From positions 1,302,001 to 1,366,000 of the forward strand of contig OZ037845.1 in the NCBI GenBank assembly GCA_964035575.1: DNA of 64,000 nt, written 5' to 3'. The stretch is from Rhynchopus sp. YZ270_cl-10. Taxonomy: Eukaryota. The notes under the pieces were generated by a model. The model was not told the origin of the DNA. It worked only from the letters and a program-made list of their open reading frames with translations, and ran no database searches. Positions 10,983 to 25,900 of this stretch are shown piece by piece; position 1 is the first letter of the stretch; every line of letters begins with the position of its first letter. The translations under genes were made by a program, and so were the position numbers.

Positions 10983-13142
10983 TCTTTGTGACAAAAGGGG
11001 AAATAATAAACGCAACTATCTCTCATAAACACCCCCAGAAAGAGACAATGAAGGTGTTGATGTAGTTATTTTTTTGGTTCTTTTTTGGTACACTGTCACG
11101 AGAGGGCTTTGTATTTCAATTTTTTTTGGCGCCTGCTCATTGCAGCCTTCAAATTTTTTGGTTTTTTTTTGGGCATGGGTGAGGGTTTCTCAATGAAAAG
11201 GGGGGGTTTTTTTCTATGTGAATTGTGAACAGTGTCTTTGAATTGAAAAAAATTATATTGTGAAAAAAAATAAAGCACATCTTTTTGTGCAAAAAAAAAC
11301 TCTTATAGCTCAAGATAAAATGCCTTCCACACATGCAACAGCTTCTCCCCCCCCTACCCCCCCTTCCCTTTTCCCTACACAGTCCACCCCACAGTGTGAC
11401 ACAAACAAGAGTTGAGGATATATGGAACAATCAAAAAATCCTCACCCCTGTATTGGGCAGGTGACTGTTCTTCCCCTTCTCGTTGTTTAGGTGCGCGTTT
11501 ACGTAGAAATATACACGATTCAAACCTTATAAACGGAAAACCGGTATTCCCACCCCTGGATACCGCCAATCGATCCCCTCAGGATTACAGCGTTTTTGCT
11601 TGCTCCCTCTCAGGGAACAGACAGAGTCTCGCTGGCTAAAAGAGGACGGTTCCGCGCAGGCCGTGACCCCTCCCTCCCCTCCCTCACAGCCCCCTTCGAA
11701 AACGTTTGTTTATTAGCACTTTTTTTTCAAGTTTTCTTTGTTCTCCTCAGGAAGACAGACAGTATCGATGGTTTTCAAAAAATATCCCCTTTTTCTTGAG
11801 TCGTTTCTTTCCGTTCTTACCCTTTTTTTGGTGGCTAAGCAGAGACTTCGGTTCATCTGTACCAATCTTTCTGTTTCTTTTAAAAGATTTGTGTGGTTGA
11901 AAACCGCATTCATCTGACATTAGTTTTTTTTGTGTTTTTGAACGTTCTTGTGTGCTTTCTCTTCTTTGAATGGAAAGTATATGAAATTGATTTTTTTGCC
12001 TTTTTTTTTGGCGCAGTGCCATTCATTTCTATTACCATCAGTTTCTTTATACCACAAGAATGTAAATGTGTTGCAAAAATTAAAATTAAAATTAAAAAAG
12101 GATGTGGGGTGTTTTTCTTGGTGTGTGTTTTTTTTTTTTTTTTTTTGCCCAGCGGGGGGGGTGAGTATTGCATTATTAGGTGTTTGTTTTGCGAATGACA
12201 GCAGCTCTGTTGCTTTTTCCTTTGTATTTTCAGATTTTTTTTTTTTATATAACGATCAAGATGACTAAGCACGAGAGGCTTGTAATCATCCAAAAAAAAA
12301 TTTCCTCCCGAGATGAACTACGTTTGCAAATACGTCTGCACAAGATACACATCATTCATCTTTCAAAAAAAATCCCTCTTTTTCTTTTGTCGGTGACCCC
12401 TCTTGCAGTTTCATTCTTATTCTATTTACTCTAGAAAAAAAGGTGTTTTTGTGGACTCGCCGAGTTTTTTGCGCTAACGAAGAGTAGTATCTTCGGGGGG
12501 TCCATAAAATGTCGGTATGTGTGGGTAAATGTCGGTGAATGTCTGTTTTTTTTTAAAACCGACATTTTAACGACCACCTTAGGAAATAGTGGAAAAACCG
12601 ATATCTTCCGACATTGTATTGGACCCTCCGGCACAATTTTCTTCTTCCAAAAGGTGAGCGCTTTTAGACCTAGCACAGAGAATTAGTCTTGGTTCTTTCA
12701 ACTGGAGAGGCCTATTTGTCATCTAAAAAAATTTTTTTTTCTTCTTGGTGCGTGCATCAACAACTACCGTTTTTCTTTTTTTTGCACTTTTTTTTTTTTG
12801 TAAGATGTCCTTTGTGTACAGCGAAGCACATTCCGATCCTGCAAAGTTCTCTTTTGAAATGGTTTGTTTGGATTGGGTAGTTGCTGCCCTGTGCACGGTT
12901 CTACTTTCGAATTTTTTTGTAAGCTTAAAAGCGTACCTCCCTTACTCTCTTGTTTACCCTCTTTTGTAAGGTCCATTTGTACGTCACGCACATTACTCTT
13001 TGCGACGAGCCTCAAAACAGGGGGTTATTTTCCATATTACTGTTATTTGACAAGAGCCTCCCTCTCACCAAACCTTTTTTCTGGTGACTAGCACGAGAGG
13101 TTCAAGTTCAACTTACATTCTTATTAGCCGGTCATGTACCAA

Positions 13143-13181
13143 GGTACACTGTCACGAGAGGGCTTTGTATTTCAAGTCAAC
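13143..13181 (+). repeat. Representative of dispersed hairpin family B (GGTACACTGTC-ACGAGAG-GGCTTTGTATTTCAAGTCAAC)
   Basis: Other copies near 771, 11087, 35284, 40685, 49385, 53446. Confidence 0.9.
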
Positions 13182-13928
13182 CTTTCTTTTTGTTTCAAAA
13201 CAATGTTATTGTCACAAAAAAAGGAGTTTTTTTCTCTACCGTAGCTCTGTTTTTTAATTTATTTACGAAAAGTGGAGGGAAGGGAAGGGGAGGGGGGAAG
13301 AGGGGAGGTGAACGGGGGGGTTCGAAAAGAAAAAAAAAAATAAATTCTGCTTTTGTTAACTCAAAGTCGCTACTGGTTGCGAGTCCTTGCACAAAAAAAA
13401 AGGGGGGTAGGTGGAGGTGCCGATTTTCTTTATTTCGGACTCGTTTTTCTTTTGCCTTTTTTTTTCTTTTGCTTTTTTTTTTTTTTGCCTTTTTTTGTGT
13501 GTTGATTTTATTATTATTACTTTGCATTACACACGTTTTGCGCTGAAAAGTGAGCACAAAGAAAAAAGAAATGCTATCTGGTCTCGTGGTATTGTTATTT
13601 GTTGTGCGGGAAAGGGGTGGAACCGGTTGCTGGGTTTTTTTTGGGGCAAACGACTCAAAAAACAAAACGCAATGCGGATATTTTTTTTATTTGCTAGAAG
13701 TGTGTTGCAAAAACAATTCCAAGAATTAAAAAAAAAACGAAAACCAAAAAAAAACCTCCCACGTACACAACACCCACTGCCCCTCGCAAAATTCTCAAAA
13801 GTTGTGTTCCAACGACTGCAAAAAAAAGTAAAATACCTCACCTTTAAGCCTCAACCCCGCACTTCTGTACCACTATTACCACCACACCCACCTCAGCAAT
13901 GATATAACACACATAGAGAAGGAAAAAC

Positions 13929-16900
13929 ATGCCCCCTGATTGCGACCCTGATGAGGGCAGTGAACCGGATGATAATGATTTCAGCTTTATTGCCCGTTTG
14001 GAACGTGGTTATCGACAGATTCAGAGTCTTAATCGGGATCAGTTGGAAAGGTTTTTACCGTATCTTCCTGTGGTGAAGATATGCAAAGGAGGGGGGCTCC
14101 GATCTGCGGAGATGATGACACAAAATGTGGAACGTTTTGCGCCTAAACACGTTGAGAGCTTTTTACCCCTTGGATTCGAAAGATTCGTTAAAAGCGCGCC
14201 TTCTCCTCGCAAAATTGGTATTAAACGAGAGAAGAACGCACAACTTCTTCTCACATCTCGCACCGTACGCCGTGAGGTGGGTGGATCCTTTCTTCCTGAA
14301 GGACACGAACGACAGCTGCAAATCGAAGGTCCGGCAACAGAAACAACGATTTGTTTGAGCTCCGTTTTTGCTTCAGAGGTCATTGCAAAGAATGAGAAAT
14401 CATTTGCACCTACCCCCCCTTTGAAACGAAAGGGTACAGCACCACAGGGCAACGCAGCGAGGTCTTCTGTTCGCGAAGCTGCAGGGTGCCAACCTTCCCC
14501 GCCAGCCCTACCGATTTCTGACCACAAAACACTCATGAAACTCTATGAAAACAACGACTCAACACCAAGCGAGAGAATTGGCGGGTTTTATTCACATCAG
14601 CTTGGCTCAAATTCTCCGATACGCATTCATCTAACCCTAGCAGGACGGAGAACACACAACGGCAGTGGAAAGACAAGACAGAGCAATGGGACGAACAGCG
14701 CTTCCGTTTTCTCTGGGGATTGGTCCCGACCTATTGGGGTCAACCTGGTACCACAACCTCCTCCTCCTCCTCCTCCTCCGCCCACACTCTTACTAGAAAA
14801 CGCATCTGCCCAACCAGACTTCGACCTCGACCAAGAACTCATGGACAAGATAAACCTCTATGACCGTCTAGAAGGTTCGCTCCCTCTCGAGCTTTTTGAC
14901 GAAGAACAGAACTATTCAAATGTCCCCGCCCTTTTTCTCCGCAACGACGACCGAGAAGAAGGAGGCATCGCTTGGGTACCGTGCTTGGTGTGCGAAAGAG
15001 ACCCGGTCACATTGTTTTATAATACACTAATTGATAAGGCAGGTGGGCAGGATGCGAGGCAGGTTTCTCGGTATCAGCTGCGGTTCGAGTGGGAGACGGT
15101 AGAAAGCTTCACGCAGAGAGTGGTAGAGCTGAAGGCGCTTCGCAGATCTGCTGAAAGAGTGGTCAGAACCGATTTATTCCTCTCTTTGATGGAAGATGAT
15201 GAGGAGCGGGGGTTGGACAGTGCGGTGTTGGCAAATACCCTGCAAAAAACCGCAAAACGGCTTCACAAACGTTGGGAGGGAAGGGTAAAGCAATATATCG
15301 ACCAAATTGCGGAGGAGCATTTCCTGGCGCTCAGGAGGGCGCGTCTGCAGTATTTTCTGTTGTCCCCGAAGTTTCTTCATCAAATCACTCCGATCGATAT
15401 GTGCACCGACCTCCAAATTGCGTATCCGATTAAATACCCTCCGTTGGAGCCTGACCAGACACGGCGTGCTCGGTTTCTTAATGCAAAAAGCTTTCTTGCG
15501 AAGCATCCTCAGTTTTGTATTTCTACCTTCAAAACTTTGGTGAAAATGGCAGAGGTCTGGGCACCGTACGAAGATCTGTTGTTAGTGTCAATTACAAAGA
15601 AGATGCATATGAGCACAACGATCTATAATATGCTGATTGGTTTTGATGCGTTCTGTGCATTGCAGAAGACCCATTCGCAGGGGGTGGTCAAAAACAAAAT
15701 CAACCGCTGGATGATTGACGTTGAAGGCGTTCTGTTGTCCTCTTTAAAGCAGAAATTCAAGAGCAACTATACCTCAGAGTCTGCATATCGTGCCAGCGAT
15801 TTATCAAAATTCCTCCGAGGCGTTAACTTCAGAATGTGCCAAAGCCTTCGCCAGGTTGTTGCAAATTCGCTTCAAAAGCTGGTAGAATTCTTTGAAAACA
15901 TGGTTGGTACTGCAGATGACGTTACTGCCATGCGAGGTGGGGACACAACATGGACCAATCATTACTACGATTTGGTCGGCCTTCCCCCTTCTCGCCCAGT
16001 CAAGGATGCGCCCCTCTTGGTCCTGGAGTTGACTGTCACATCAGGTATCATAGGATTTGACACCCCCTTAGCAGAACTGCAGACCAAGGTGGTAGATGTC
16101 ATCCACCATGTAGCGCGGTCCGTGTCACGTCTCTCAACCGTCGAAAAGACCTTTCTCTCTTCTCTGGACCTCCCCGAACGGTACATCGACCTGCACGAAG
16201 ATGATATAGTACGGTCTGCAACAAACAGGACAGTCATTTTGATGCAGAAATGCTTACCCTATTTAGAGGCACTGCTGAAGGTGTATGCCCCATTTGAGTA
16301 TTTGTTAAGGGAGCATGACGAAAACCCGGAAACCGTTTTTCAGGATCTATCTACAACGCGGCTTGCAGTGGCGAAGATTGAGTCGCTTTTTGAGCTAAAG
16401 GGGAGGGTGTTGAATTGTACCCCGGACACTGTGTTTTGTTTGTTTGTTGTGGACTGTGCGGGGATTAAGAAGCTTCTTGCGGAGCGTGTTTCTTCTTTGA
16501 TAGACCTTTACCTTAATGTTGCGTCTGAGAAGGTGGTTGGGACTACTCTTGCCGCTTCTGCGCTTTATAATCGACTTTGGACTGAAATTCAACTTCGCCC
16601 GACTACTCCAGAAAGCCATGCGTCTTTTAAGGTAAACACCTTCAAAATGCGTAGCGCACTAGAAAAGGTAGAGAGCGATGACTTCAAGAGGGTGATGTTA
16701 TGGAGAAGCGATGTGCTGGACCGATTCAATAGGGGATTGAAGGACAGCGAGGCGGATGAGGTGTTCAAAATGCAGGAGTGGCCGATGAAGATTCGCGACT
16801 CCTTATCCAACTCTGACGTTCTCTTGGTACAGGAGGAGAAACAATTTATTGTACAGTTGGAATGCGACCGGCGGAATTTGCAGAAAGATTTGAAGACTTA

Positions 16901-19900
16901 CACTATCATGGTAGAAGAGCTTTCTCAAATATCTGACTCAGAGTTGACCGACGTTGCTGCAGAAAAAGCGCAAAAGCTTCAAGACCTCCTCCAAGACTCT
17001 CTCCGCCGTTCCGTTCAATGCCAACGCCATGAACAGATCTTCGGTCTCCCTGCTTCTACCTGGGGTGAAATTAAGCTTCTTCTCGCAAAATCACTTCCAT
17101 TCTATAAGCTCTGGAAAACTGCTTTCCTCTGGACGGAAGAACAGTCACGGTGCTTCGAAACTCCGATTCAATCTTTGGATACCACGAAGCTGCGGCAGTG
17201 TATATCGCAATGGCATCGAGAGACGAGGGTGTCGCAACGTGCTCTTCGTGGGTATCCGGGGCCGAGCGAGGCGGCGCAACGTCTTGGCAGGGAGTTATCG
17301 GTGTTTCACAACCACCTTCCCTGGGTGACGCAGCTGACTGGAGAAGGCATTCGGGTGAGGCATTGGAAGCAGCTTATCGCGGAGCTTGGTTGTCCGAGAT
17401 CGGCTGATATTACTATTGCGCTTTTGATTGAGAATGGGATTGAGTCAAAGCGTGCCTTCGTGACGTCTCTCGCAGAGCAGGCAGCAAAGGAGGCAGAAGT
17501 GGACCTCACCATCGAACGCATGAAGATGGAGTGGAAAGACCAGAAGATGTGGTTCGTTGAGTGGTCCGGCTGTAAGATAATCCATATCGCTCATGCTCAG
17601 GAGCTTCTGATGATTCTCGATAAACACATTGCCTCCACTCAGGTCCTCCGTCTAGCATGTTTACAGGCATTTGAGAACATTGCACGCGATTGGGAAGCCC
17701 AGCTTGTTCTTCTCCAAGATATTCTCACCAACTGGATTTCTCTTCAAGAGACCTGGGCGAATCTCAAACCCGTCTTTGACAATGCGGATGTCTGTGTAGG
17801 GCTGGGCCGTGAAACGAAGAGGTTCCTCAAATCGCATAAGGTGTGGTGTGCGTTAATGAAGGAAGGAGAGTTCTCTGCAAGGCTAATCTCTTTGGGGGAT
17901 GAGTTTTTACAGAGGGTGGTGGAGGTGCATGCTCAGCTGGTTGATGTGCAGAAGGGTCTCGCTACGTTTCTTCAGGTCAAACGCAATGCTTGGCCACGTC
18001 TGTACTGGCTCCCTGACGAGGCAATTCTACAGATGCTTGCCGCTTCTGGGGCAGATCTCAGCTCCGTTGATGAATACCTTCCACAATGCTTAGGAAATGT
18101 CTCAAAACTCATTACAGACGACCGCAAAGCAATCACTGCTGTCGAAACACTTTCCGAGGAGCACCTCACTCTACGCTATGAAGTGCACACCGTAGGCCGC
18201 CCTCTTGACGAATGGCTCTCCTCATTGGACAAAACCATTACCGAAACGTTGATCGCATCGTTCCCAACCTGTGTTCAAGAGCACTCCTCTTTGGGTATGC
18301 GGGAATGGGTCGAGCGGTGGTCCGCACAGCTGCTTCTTTTATGCCTTAAGGTGACGGAGCATAGGGATATTAAAGATTTATTAGAGGTTACAGGGAAGAG
18401 GGGGTTGTCTGCTTTGCATAAGAAGTTGCGGAATGTGGTCAGCGATATCACGGTGTTATTTGACCACGAAGATGGAGGAGGAACCGAAAGCTTTGTCACT
18501 GTAATGCATAAAGATGACGCCAAATCGCAGGCAAACAAACAACAATACGCTGTAGTGAACAACCGCATCCTCTATGAAGCCATGGCCATGCAACACATGG
18601 CCACACGCGACAAAGTAACCGATCTCATAGAAGAAGAATGCGAAACCACCTCCGATTTCTGCTACGCCTACACGATGAAGCACATCCTCAACGAACAAGG
18701 TGTCACCACAGTTGACATCCTCCATGTCTCCCATCCGTACCGTTTTGAATGCCTCGGCATGTCATCACCATATGTTACCTGCTCTGCAAGTGGTCGTGCA
18801 AAACGATTAATCTTCTTCGCCTTTGCAGGGTCCTTCCCCCAGCCAGTTCTTCTGCATGGAACGGCAGGGTGCGGGAAGTATCATCTCTTGAAGGATTTGG
18901 CCACGGAGGTGGGGATGAAATGCGTGTCGCAGTGTTGTTCTCAAGGGACCACCTGGAGGTCGATCAGTAATACCATAGCCGGGGCGATCTCGTCGGGTGC
19001 GTGGTGTGTTTTGTTGAAGATCAATGAACTAACTCCGGCGACGACCAGCTCATTGGCGACTGCGTTGGATAACATCTACACTCAGGTTGCCTTGAAGAGC
19101 GAAGGGGTTGATCTGTTCAATTGGGGCCGCGTAGACACGGATGCAGACTGCAAGCAATCCGCTACTGGAGGCGTTGCACTGCACAAAAGCTTTGTTATCT
19201 CCGGCGTGCAGTCCACCCTACCCCACGGCACGGCGTTGGACCACAGCTTCAGAACACTGTTCCGTCCGGTGTCATTGGTCAAGCCCGACCTAGGTCTCAT
19301 CGCAACGTACAAACTCTTTATCAGCGGCCTCTTCACGCATGCAGAAGAGTTTGGCCCACGCCTCATGACGATTCTTGCTAAATGCACAGGGATCATTGCA
19401 TTGCCTCCCCCTTTGGTGTTGCTGCAGCATATCTGTGCCTGTGTGGTGCTACGGTCGGGTGCTAGGGTGTATCTTGACGACGCTGACACTACTGCAGAGG
19501 CGCAGGAGTTTCGAATTTTCTCGATTGCGTGCTATGTGTGTGTGAAGAAGGTTGTGTCGCTGTTTGAGTTTGATATTTTCAGCAAAACGTTTGAAGTCTG
19601 TTTTGGGAAGGGTCCGTTTGTGCATGAATCGCGTACGGCGATTCCGCAGGCGACGTATTCTACTTTGAATGCCTCCATCGGAAGCGAGCTGGTCCAGAAG
19701 GACGACAAACGGTACATCATGACACCCAGCATCGTTGCCAAGCTGCACGACCTCCATGACACACTGAGTCTGCACTCATGCGTCATTATCGTCGGCAAAA
19801 CTGGCTGCGGAAAGACAATGCTGACAGACGTTCTCTCACAATGCCTCCAAGACAAGGACGACCTCACCACCCACTCCATCGTGCACGGCTCCATGCCAAT

Positions 19901-22900
19901 CAGCACCCTCCAAGGTCGTATCCGTGAAGGTGGACGATGGGAAATGGGTTTGCTCCCAAACATCTTCAGAAAAGCTCATAAATCTGTCAAAACATGGCTC
20001 ATCTTTGACGGACCGTTAGGCGACATAACAGAACGGTTTACATCATTGTGGTCCCCTTCAGCGGATTTTACTACACCACAGCCTTGGGAGAACAGACAGA
20101 AACAGCTTACCCCGGTTAACTATTATGAGTGCATCTCTGGGGAGCGGATTAGTGTGCCAAACAGCTTGAAACATTTTTTTGAATGTCAGGATATGGACAA
20201 TGCGAATCCGTTTATTGTGACCCATTCTTCGCTTCTGTACTTTGGGGATCATAAGGAGTGGAGAGCAGTGCTGAAGGGCGCGTTGCTGGAGATCGCGTCA
20301 CCGTTTGCAAGGTCCACTGTGGACGACTTTTTGCCTCAACTCATCTCCTTTGCGGAGGTAGTCATATTACCTTGTGTAGAATTCTTTGAGCACGCAGAGT
20401 TTGTTGTACCGATACATACTCACGTTTTGATGCGTCGTATCGTTCATATATTTCATGCGGTAGTGGAAAGTCAAAGAATCTACCCGGATGGTGCCGAAGC
20501 GCTTCACGGCTCTGTTGAAGTCCCGCTGGTTCATGCGTTGTGTAGCGTTGTGTACGAAAGCCTTGCAGAACGTCACAAAACGCTGTTTTCTGAGTCGCTA
20601 TGGAAGTGGATGCCGTCGTGGTCGGCACAGCTCATTGCATCGCTCCCGCACGAAGCGCTTCCCATGGAATGCTATGTTGACGAAGGCCGTTGGAGCAAAC
20701 TGACCCACCACCCTATGATAGAATCCTCATTTATGTCCTACCAAGGCGACTACACCACAAAGGACTATCTCCTGCCGTCTGTCGATGCCTTGCGGATTTG
20801 GCACCATCAAGAGATCCTTACTGCGATTGGTGTGCCCTTTGCGATCTCCGGTGGGGCGAGTACAGGGAAAACACGTCTTCTCCATAGGCTCTCAAAGAGG
20901 ATGCAGACTACAGGATTGTTGGTATTTTGTAGTATTTCGCGTGGTTGTTCTGCGTCTGGGTTTCAACAGAGTGTTGCCTTAAAGATGACTAGACGGCGTA
21001 GTGTGGTGCTAGGACCGCCTTTGGGGAAGAAATGTGTTATTGTAGTGGATGATCTGCACCTAGCGTCCACTGCAACGCATGAGAACGAAGGTGGGTCCCT
21101 CCATGAGCTTTTGGTGTCGGTGTTGAAGTGCAAGAAGTGGTGTGACCCTGGAGGTGTGGTGATCACCATTGCGGACACATCGTTCCTCGGGTCGTTTCAA
21201 GCTGGGGAGGAGAATTCGGAACGGCTGTTTTCACATTTCGTAATTGGCCACTGTGTGAACGAAATATCCGAAGGTTTTGTAGGGCAGGTCATCAGCAACA
21301 TCATAATGGGATGGAAGGGCGCCAGCAGCTATAACCTTGCTGCCTCGGTGACGGATGTGTTGCTGCGGTGTCATGCCTTCCTGAGGGCCAGCTTCGAGCC
21401 GCGGTCAGATAATTTCTTTATCTGGAGTGTGGAAGACCTTTTTGCGATAGTACGAAGCGTTGTGTCGCATCCTTCGCAGTCCTGTGCAAAAAGCCATCAT
21501 GTGTTGTCGCTGCTTGTGTATGAAATGTATGCAAGAGTAGCAAGGTTTCAGACCTTGGAGCAGCTTCGTATGACGGATGCTAAGGTGTTGGAGATTGTGA
21601 GCTCTGAAATGCATGTGCAGTTTGCGGATACAGCACTGCGGCCGTCGCAGCTGTCGTTTACTGTGGTGGAGAAAGGGGGGCTGTCGGCGTATTCGCAGCA
21701 GATTTCGTTGGAGAATCTTATCAAAAACGTGCAAAGCCATGCTGATGAGTTGCATCTCAAATATGTCGAAGACACTGCCACAGCGACACCAGAGGCGTCA
21801 AAGAAGAAGAACAAACGCGCCAAACGCAAGACCGAGCCTGAAAAAAAAACCGCCATCCAAAAGCTCCGTGTTCTCTCTAGGTACATTCGGTTGAGAGGCC
21901 TATGCGTGGACTCCACTTTAGCGGTTCTGGTGTCCAAGGTGGCGGGGGTGATATCACAGCCTAAGGGGCATGGGTTGATCGCTACTGACCAGGGCGATGC
22001 TGCGTTCACAGCTGTCCAGGTTGCTTCACATGCTGCAGGCTACGTCTGCATCGGCGACTCCGAACGTTCCAACACCACCTGGTGCAGTGTCCTCGAGCAC
22101 ATCTTCGGCGTTGCTCTTGAGTCCTCGACAGGAGTGACCTGGGTGCTCCACGACTATCTACTCTGTGAAGAGCAAATATCAGACATCGCATTAATGGTAT
22201 CATCAGCCGACCTCTGTGGACTCATCTCTGTTGCGCTGCATCAACGACTAAGCCGCAAGCTTCTCGACTCTTCTGGCGGAGAACTCAACAAAAAGCGAGA
22301 GCTCATTGCAGATAAGGTCTCCAATATGGTGCACATCGTGCTTTTGTGCAATGCAGATGTGAACGATACCGACAAAATGGCGCTCATGAAGCGGAGATTC
22401 CCCGCAATCTTCCACGCAACCACCTGTATTGTTGTAAAGGACTACAGCATCTCCCGCACGGCGTGTGTAGCTTATGTGCACTCTTTGTGTAGAATGTATT
22501 CACAAAGGAATCTCTTTCAAATCACCAAATCCGTTTTAGACAGAGTCGCCGAGGCGCTGTACGAAGTCTTCAAGGAAATCGTTGCGCTCCGCCCTGAGGT
22601 GCGTATCAGCCACTTCCGTCTGTTGGCGCGCACCTTCTGCAACCTTCTCGCAAAGGCGTGCGATACGGTGCTCGCAAATTCGCGAGAGTACGGCAGAGTC
22701 CTGGAGCTGGTGGAATGCGTGGCTATGCAGGGCAAAAAGTGTGTTGAGGACGTGAACTATTTGATCACGGTGCTGCAGGATTTGGACACACAGCGGGCTT
22801 CCTTGCTTGAGAGCGAGGCCTCATGGCTTGCAACAGAGCAGGAAAAGCAGGCTGCCTTTGAAGAGCTAGAGTCGTCCTGCTTCAAACGCGTTGAGGAGCA

Positions 22901-25900
22901 CGCTCGGACACGTGAAGAATGCAAACTGCTCCTCGCCGTCGCAGTGCCCGCATTGGAAAGCGCGAAGCAGGGCCTGCTTCTCATCACAGAAAAAGACCTG
23001 GCTGCGATCCGTTGTGTCAACTCCCCTGCACCAGTGGTGAAGAAGGTGATGGAGGCCATTTGCATTGTTCTCAACGAAAAGGTCGACATCCTGACACGCA
23101 CCGGAGGGGGTGCAGGATGGGCGGTGTCACAGCAGTGCCTGACCGACCCTTCTTTCCTTTCAAAGCTGATCAACATCAACCCACGCAAGCTCAGCCCGAA
23201 AGTAGCCGCACAGCTCCGAGCATATGTCACGCATTCGACCTTCAAAGTTGAAAAGGCTAAATCAACAAATCTCGTTGCCATAGAAAAGCTTTGCATCTTC
23301 GCGCAAAAACTCGAGGAATATTTGACTACCGTTGCTACTGTCCAACCTAAACAAGAGATTCTTGAAAAAGACGATGCTACCATTAAGGTCTTGGTCAATG
23401 CACTCGACGCAAAGCGAGACTGCGCAGTCATGGCACGCCACGAACTCGAAGCGGTGCAAAACAAGCTAAACATCCTGTCTTCAAGGTACACTCAGATCTC
23501 TGAGCGCATTGACAACTGCAAGCTGCATTCGACTAATGCGGACTTTTTTTCAAAGCACGTTGAGGCGACGGCGACACGCTGGCGCAAAGAATTCTGCTCT
23601 CACACTGACGACGAGGCTGTGGCGGGCATCACTGTCTGCGCTGCGTACCATTCCGTCTTTTATGCCTCTGCAGTTGGCATGATGCTGATCGAACGCAAAG
23701 ACCTACTGGCCACCGTCGCAGAACACCTCTACGTCCCTGCAACACACAACACCGACGCCAAAGCACCCATCGGCCTGCTGGAAGAAGGTCTCATGAAGGA
23801 TGTCAACGCTGACGCAGAACCGCAGGAAGTGTTTGCAGAGCTGGACGTAGAAGACGCGCTGTTCATGCGACGACGCATACAACGGTGGGTCGACCTAGGT
23901 GTCCTCAAAGACGTGCTCTCCCTAAGGGAGTCCGTAGCTGTCGCAGTAACCACGGTGCTAACCCCGTTCTTCGCAAACCCGCACGGCGCAGCAGAGACGT
24001 GGCTTGCCGCAGCCTACCCAGGGATAAGCCATCTCCGTGGGTCGTCTCCGCTCACCCTCGGAACGATAGAGTTGTGTATGACCTGTGGTGTTCCGGTGTA
24101 TGTGGAAACGGATTCGCTGCCACCAACGTTTCTGCCCCTATTCAGGGTAATAGAGCAAGGTTACGGAAAAATTGGGAATCGGGACATCAAAATTCGGAAA
24201 GGGTTCCGTCTTTTCTTTGTGAAGACGTGCTCGAGTTTTGAGTTGGCAGAGTTTTTGAAGGGTGTGCAGACGGATGTAGCTGATTATGTTATACCACTTA
24301 GCTTTGTTTTACCGCGAGAAGAGTTGCGTGCTGATATATGCAAAGCCGTGTCGGAGTCTATTAGTTGCGAGATATCCGATGAAATTGACACATTAAAGAG
24401 CAAAGTTAATATTGCCTTTAACCACTACGAGCAGGTTTCAAACAAGCTTCTTAAAGCGCTGAAGGAGAATGCCACAAAGGAAAACGTATGGACACCTGAC
24501 GGCGATGCGATAGCAAGCCTGCCTACTGCGGACCTCGACATCCCCCTGGGTGAGGTACAACAAACATCAAAATTGCTCCGCGATTCCGACCTCATGAAAA
24601 ACCTTACAACCGAAGTAAAAGCGGTCGAAACCGCCCTTTCCAACGTCTCCCAAGAGCTCGAAGCGAAGCGAGAATATGAAGCCAAATTGCTTACCCGATT
24701 TGAAGGCTTGGTCACATTGGTGGAGTTGGTGTACACTGCGTTGGATCGAATGGCGAGTTTGAACTCATTGTATAAAATGGGGTTTGCGTTTTTGATGAAG
24801 ATTGTTAGACGTGAAATTCGGTCGTTGTCTGAACAGAAGGGGGAGAGGGTTAGCACGAAGTGGGGAGATGAGGCGGAGGGATTCGCAAAAGATATGTTAT
24901 CAGTGTTGTTTAAGGTAGTGGCCGCAGGGTTGCCGCAGACGCATAGGACGGTGTACGCCTTTTTGATTTGCATTGATTTGGATCGTCTCAACGACGTTAT
25001 TTCCCAGCAAGAATGGGACCTTTTCATTGCCCCACTCAACGAAGTCAAACCTGACCGCAACGCAAAACGCTGTCACATCGAACACGCCATTCACCTCGCC
25101 AAAGCGCATGCCTGCTTCCGAGACCTCCCCTCTGCCATAGAAAAACGCTTCCACGCTTGGGTCCCTTTTCTCGAAGGCCTCGCAGATCCTCCGATGATGT
25201 GGAAAGGCTTTCTCTCTCAATTCCAACTTCTAATTCTCGTAAAGTATATGTCCCCAGCAAGCCTCCCTCGAGCTACATTGAATTATTGTTGCTGTTTCAT
25301 TTCGATGCTACGCCATTCTCACAGCGTGCTGTCGGTGTTTCGCGATGCGTTGTTCTCTCGAGGAATCCGCCCAACATATCCGATTTTATTGCTTCATGGT
25401 GGCGACGCAAATTCTGCCAGAGAAGAACTAAAGAACATTGCATCACAAACCGGAGGATGTAAAGTCATTGTCGTACCATATTCACCTGAGAAAGGCCACA
25501 CCGCGAGGGTACAAGGATTTATTCGAAACTGCGATACCCAAGACCGCACTGCCGATCGAGATGCATTATGGCTTCTTATCAGCGACTTCGACAAATATAA
25601 AGCAAGCGAAATGGAAACCATCTCGAGCATGATCAGCGAAAGCCGTACCGACTCCCCTGACGCCCGATTTCGCGTTTTCTTCGAAGTTCACCTCGATGAA
25701 CACGAACACATCCCTATCTCCCTCACCCGCGTTTCCATTAAGCTATTATCTCCGTCTCCTCCGTGCCTAAAATCTACTATAATAAAGCACCTAGATATCG
25801 GCCCCATCACCCGCCAGGTCTTTTCTAGTGAGGAGCACTGCGATACGTACCACCAAACGCTGCGTATGGTGTCGATAATCCATGGCGTGTTGACCTATCG

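Noticed and set aside
12430..12680. Possible MITE with ATGTCGGT/ACCGACAT inverted motifs
   Set aside because: Internal repeats are present but no convincing TIR pair or TSD.
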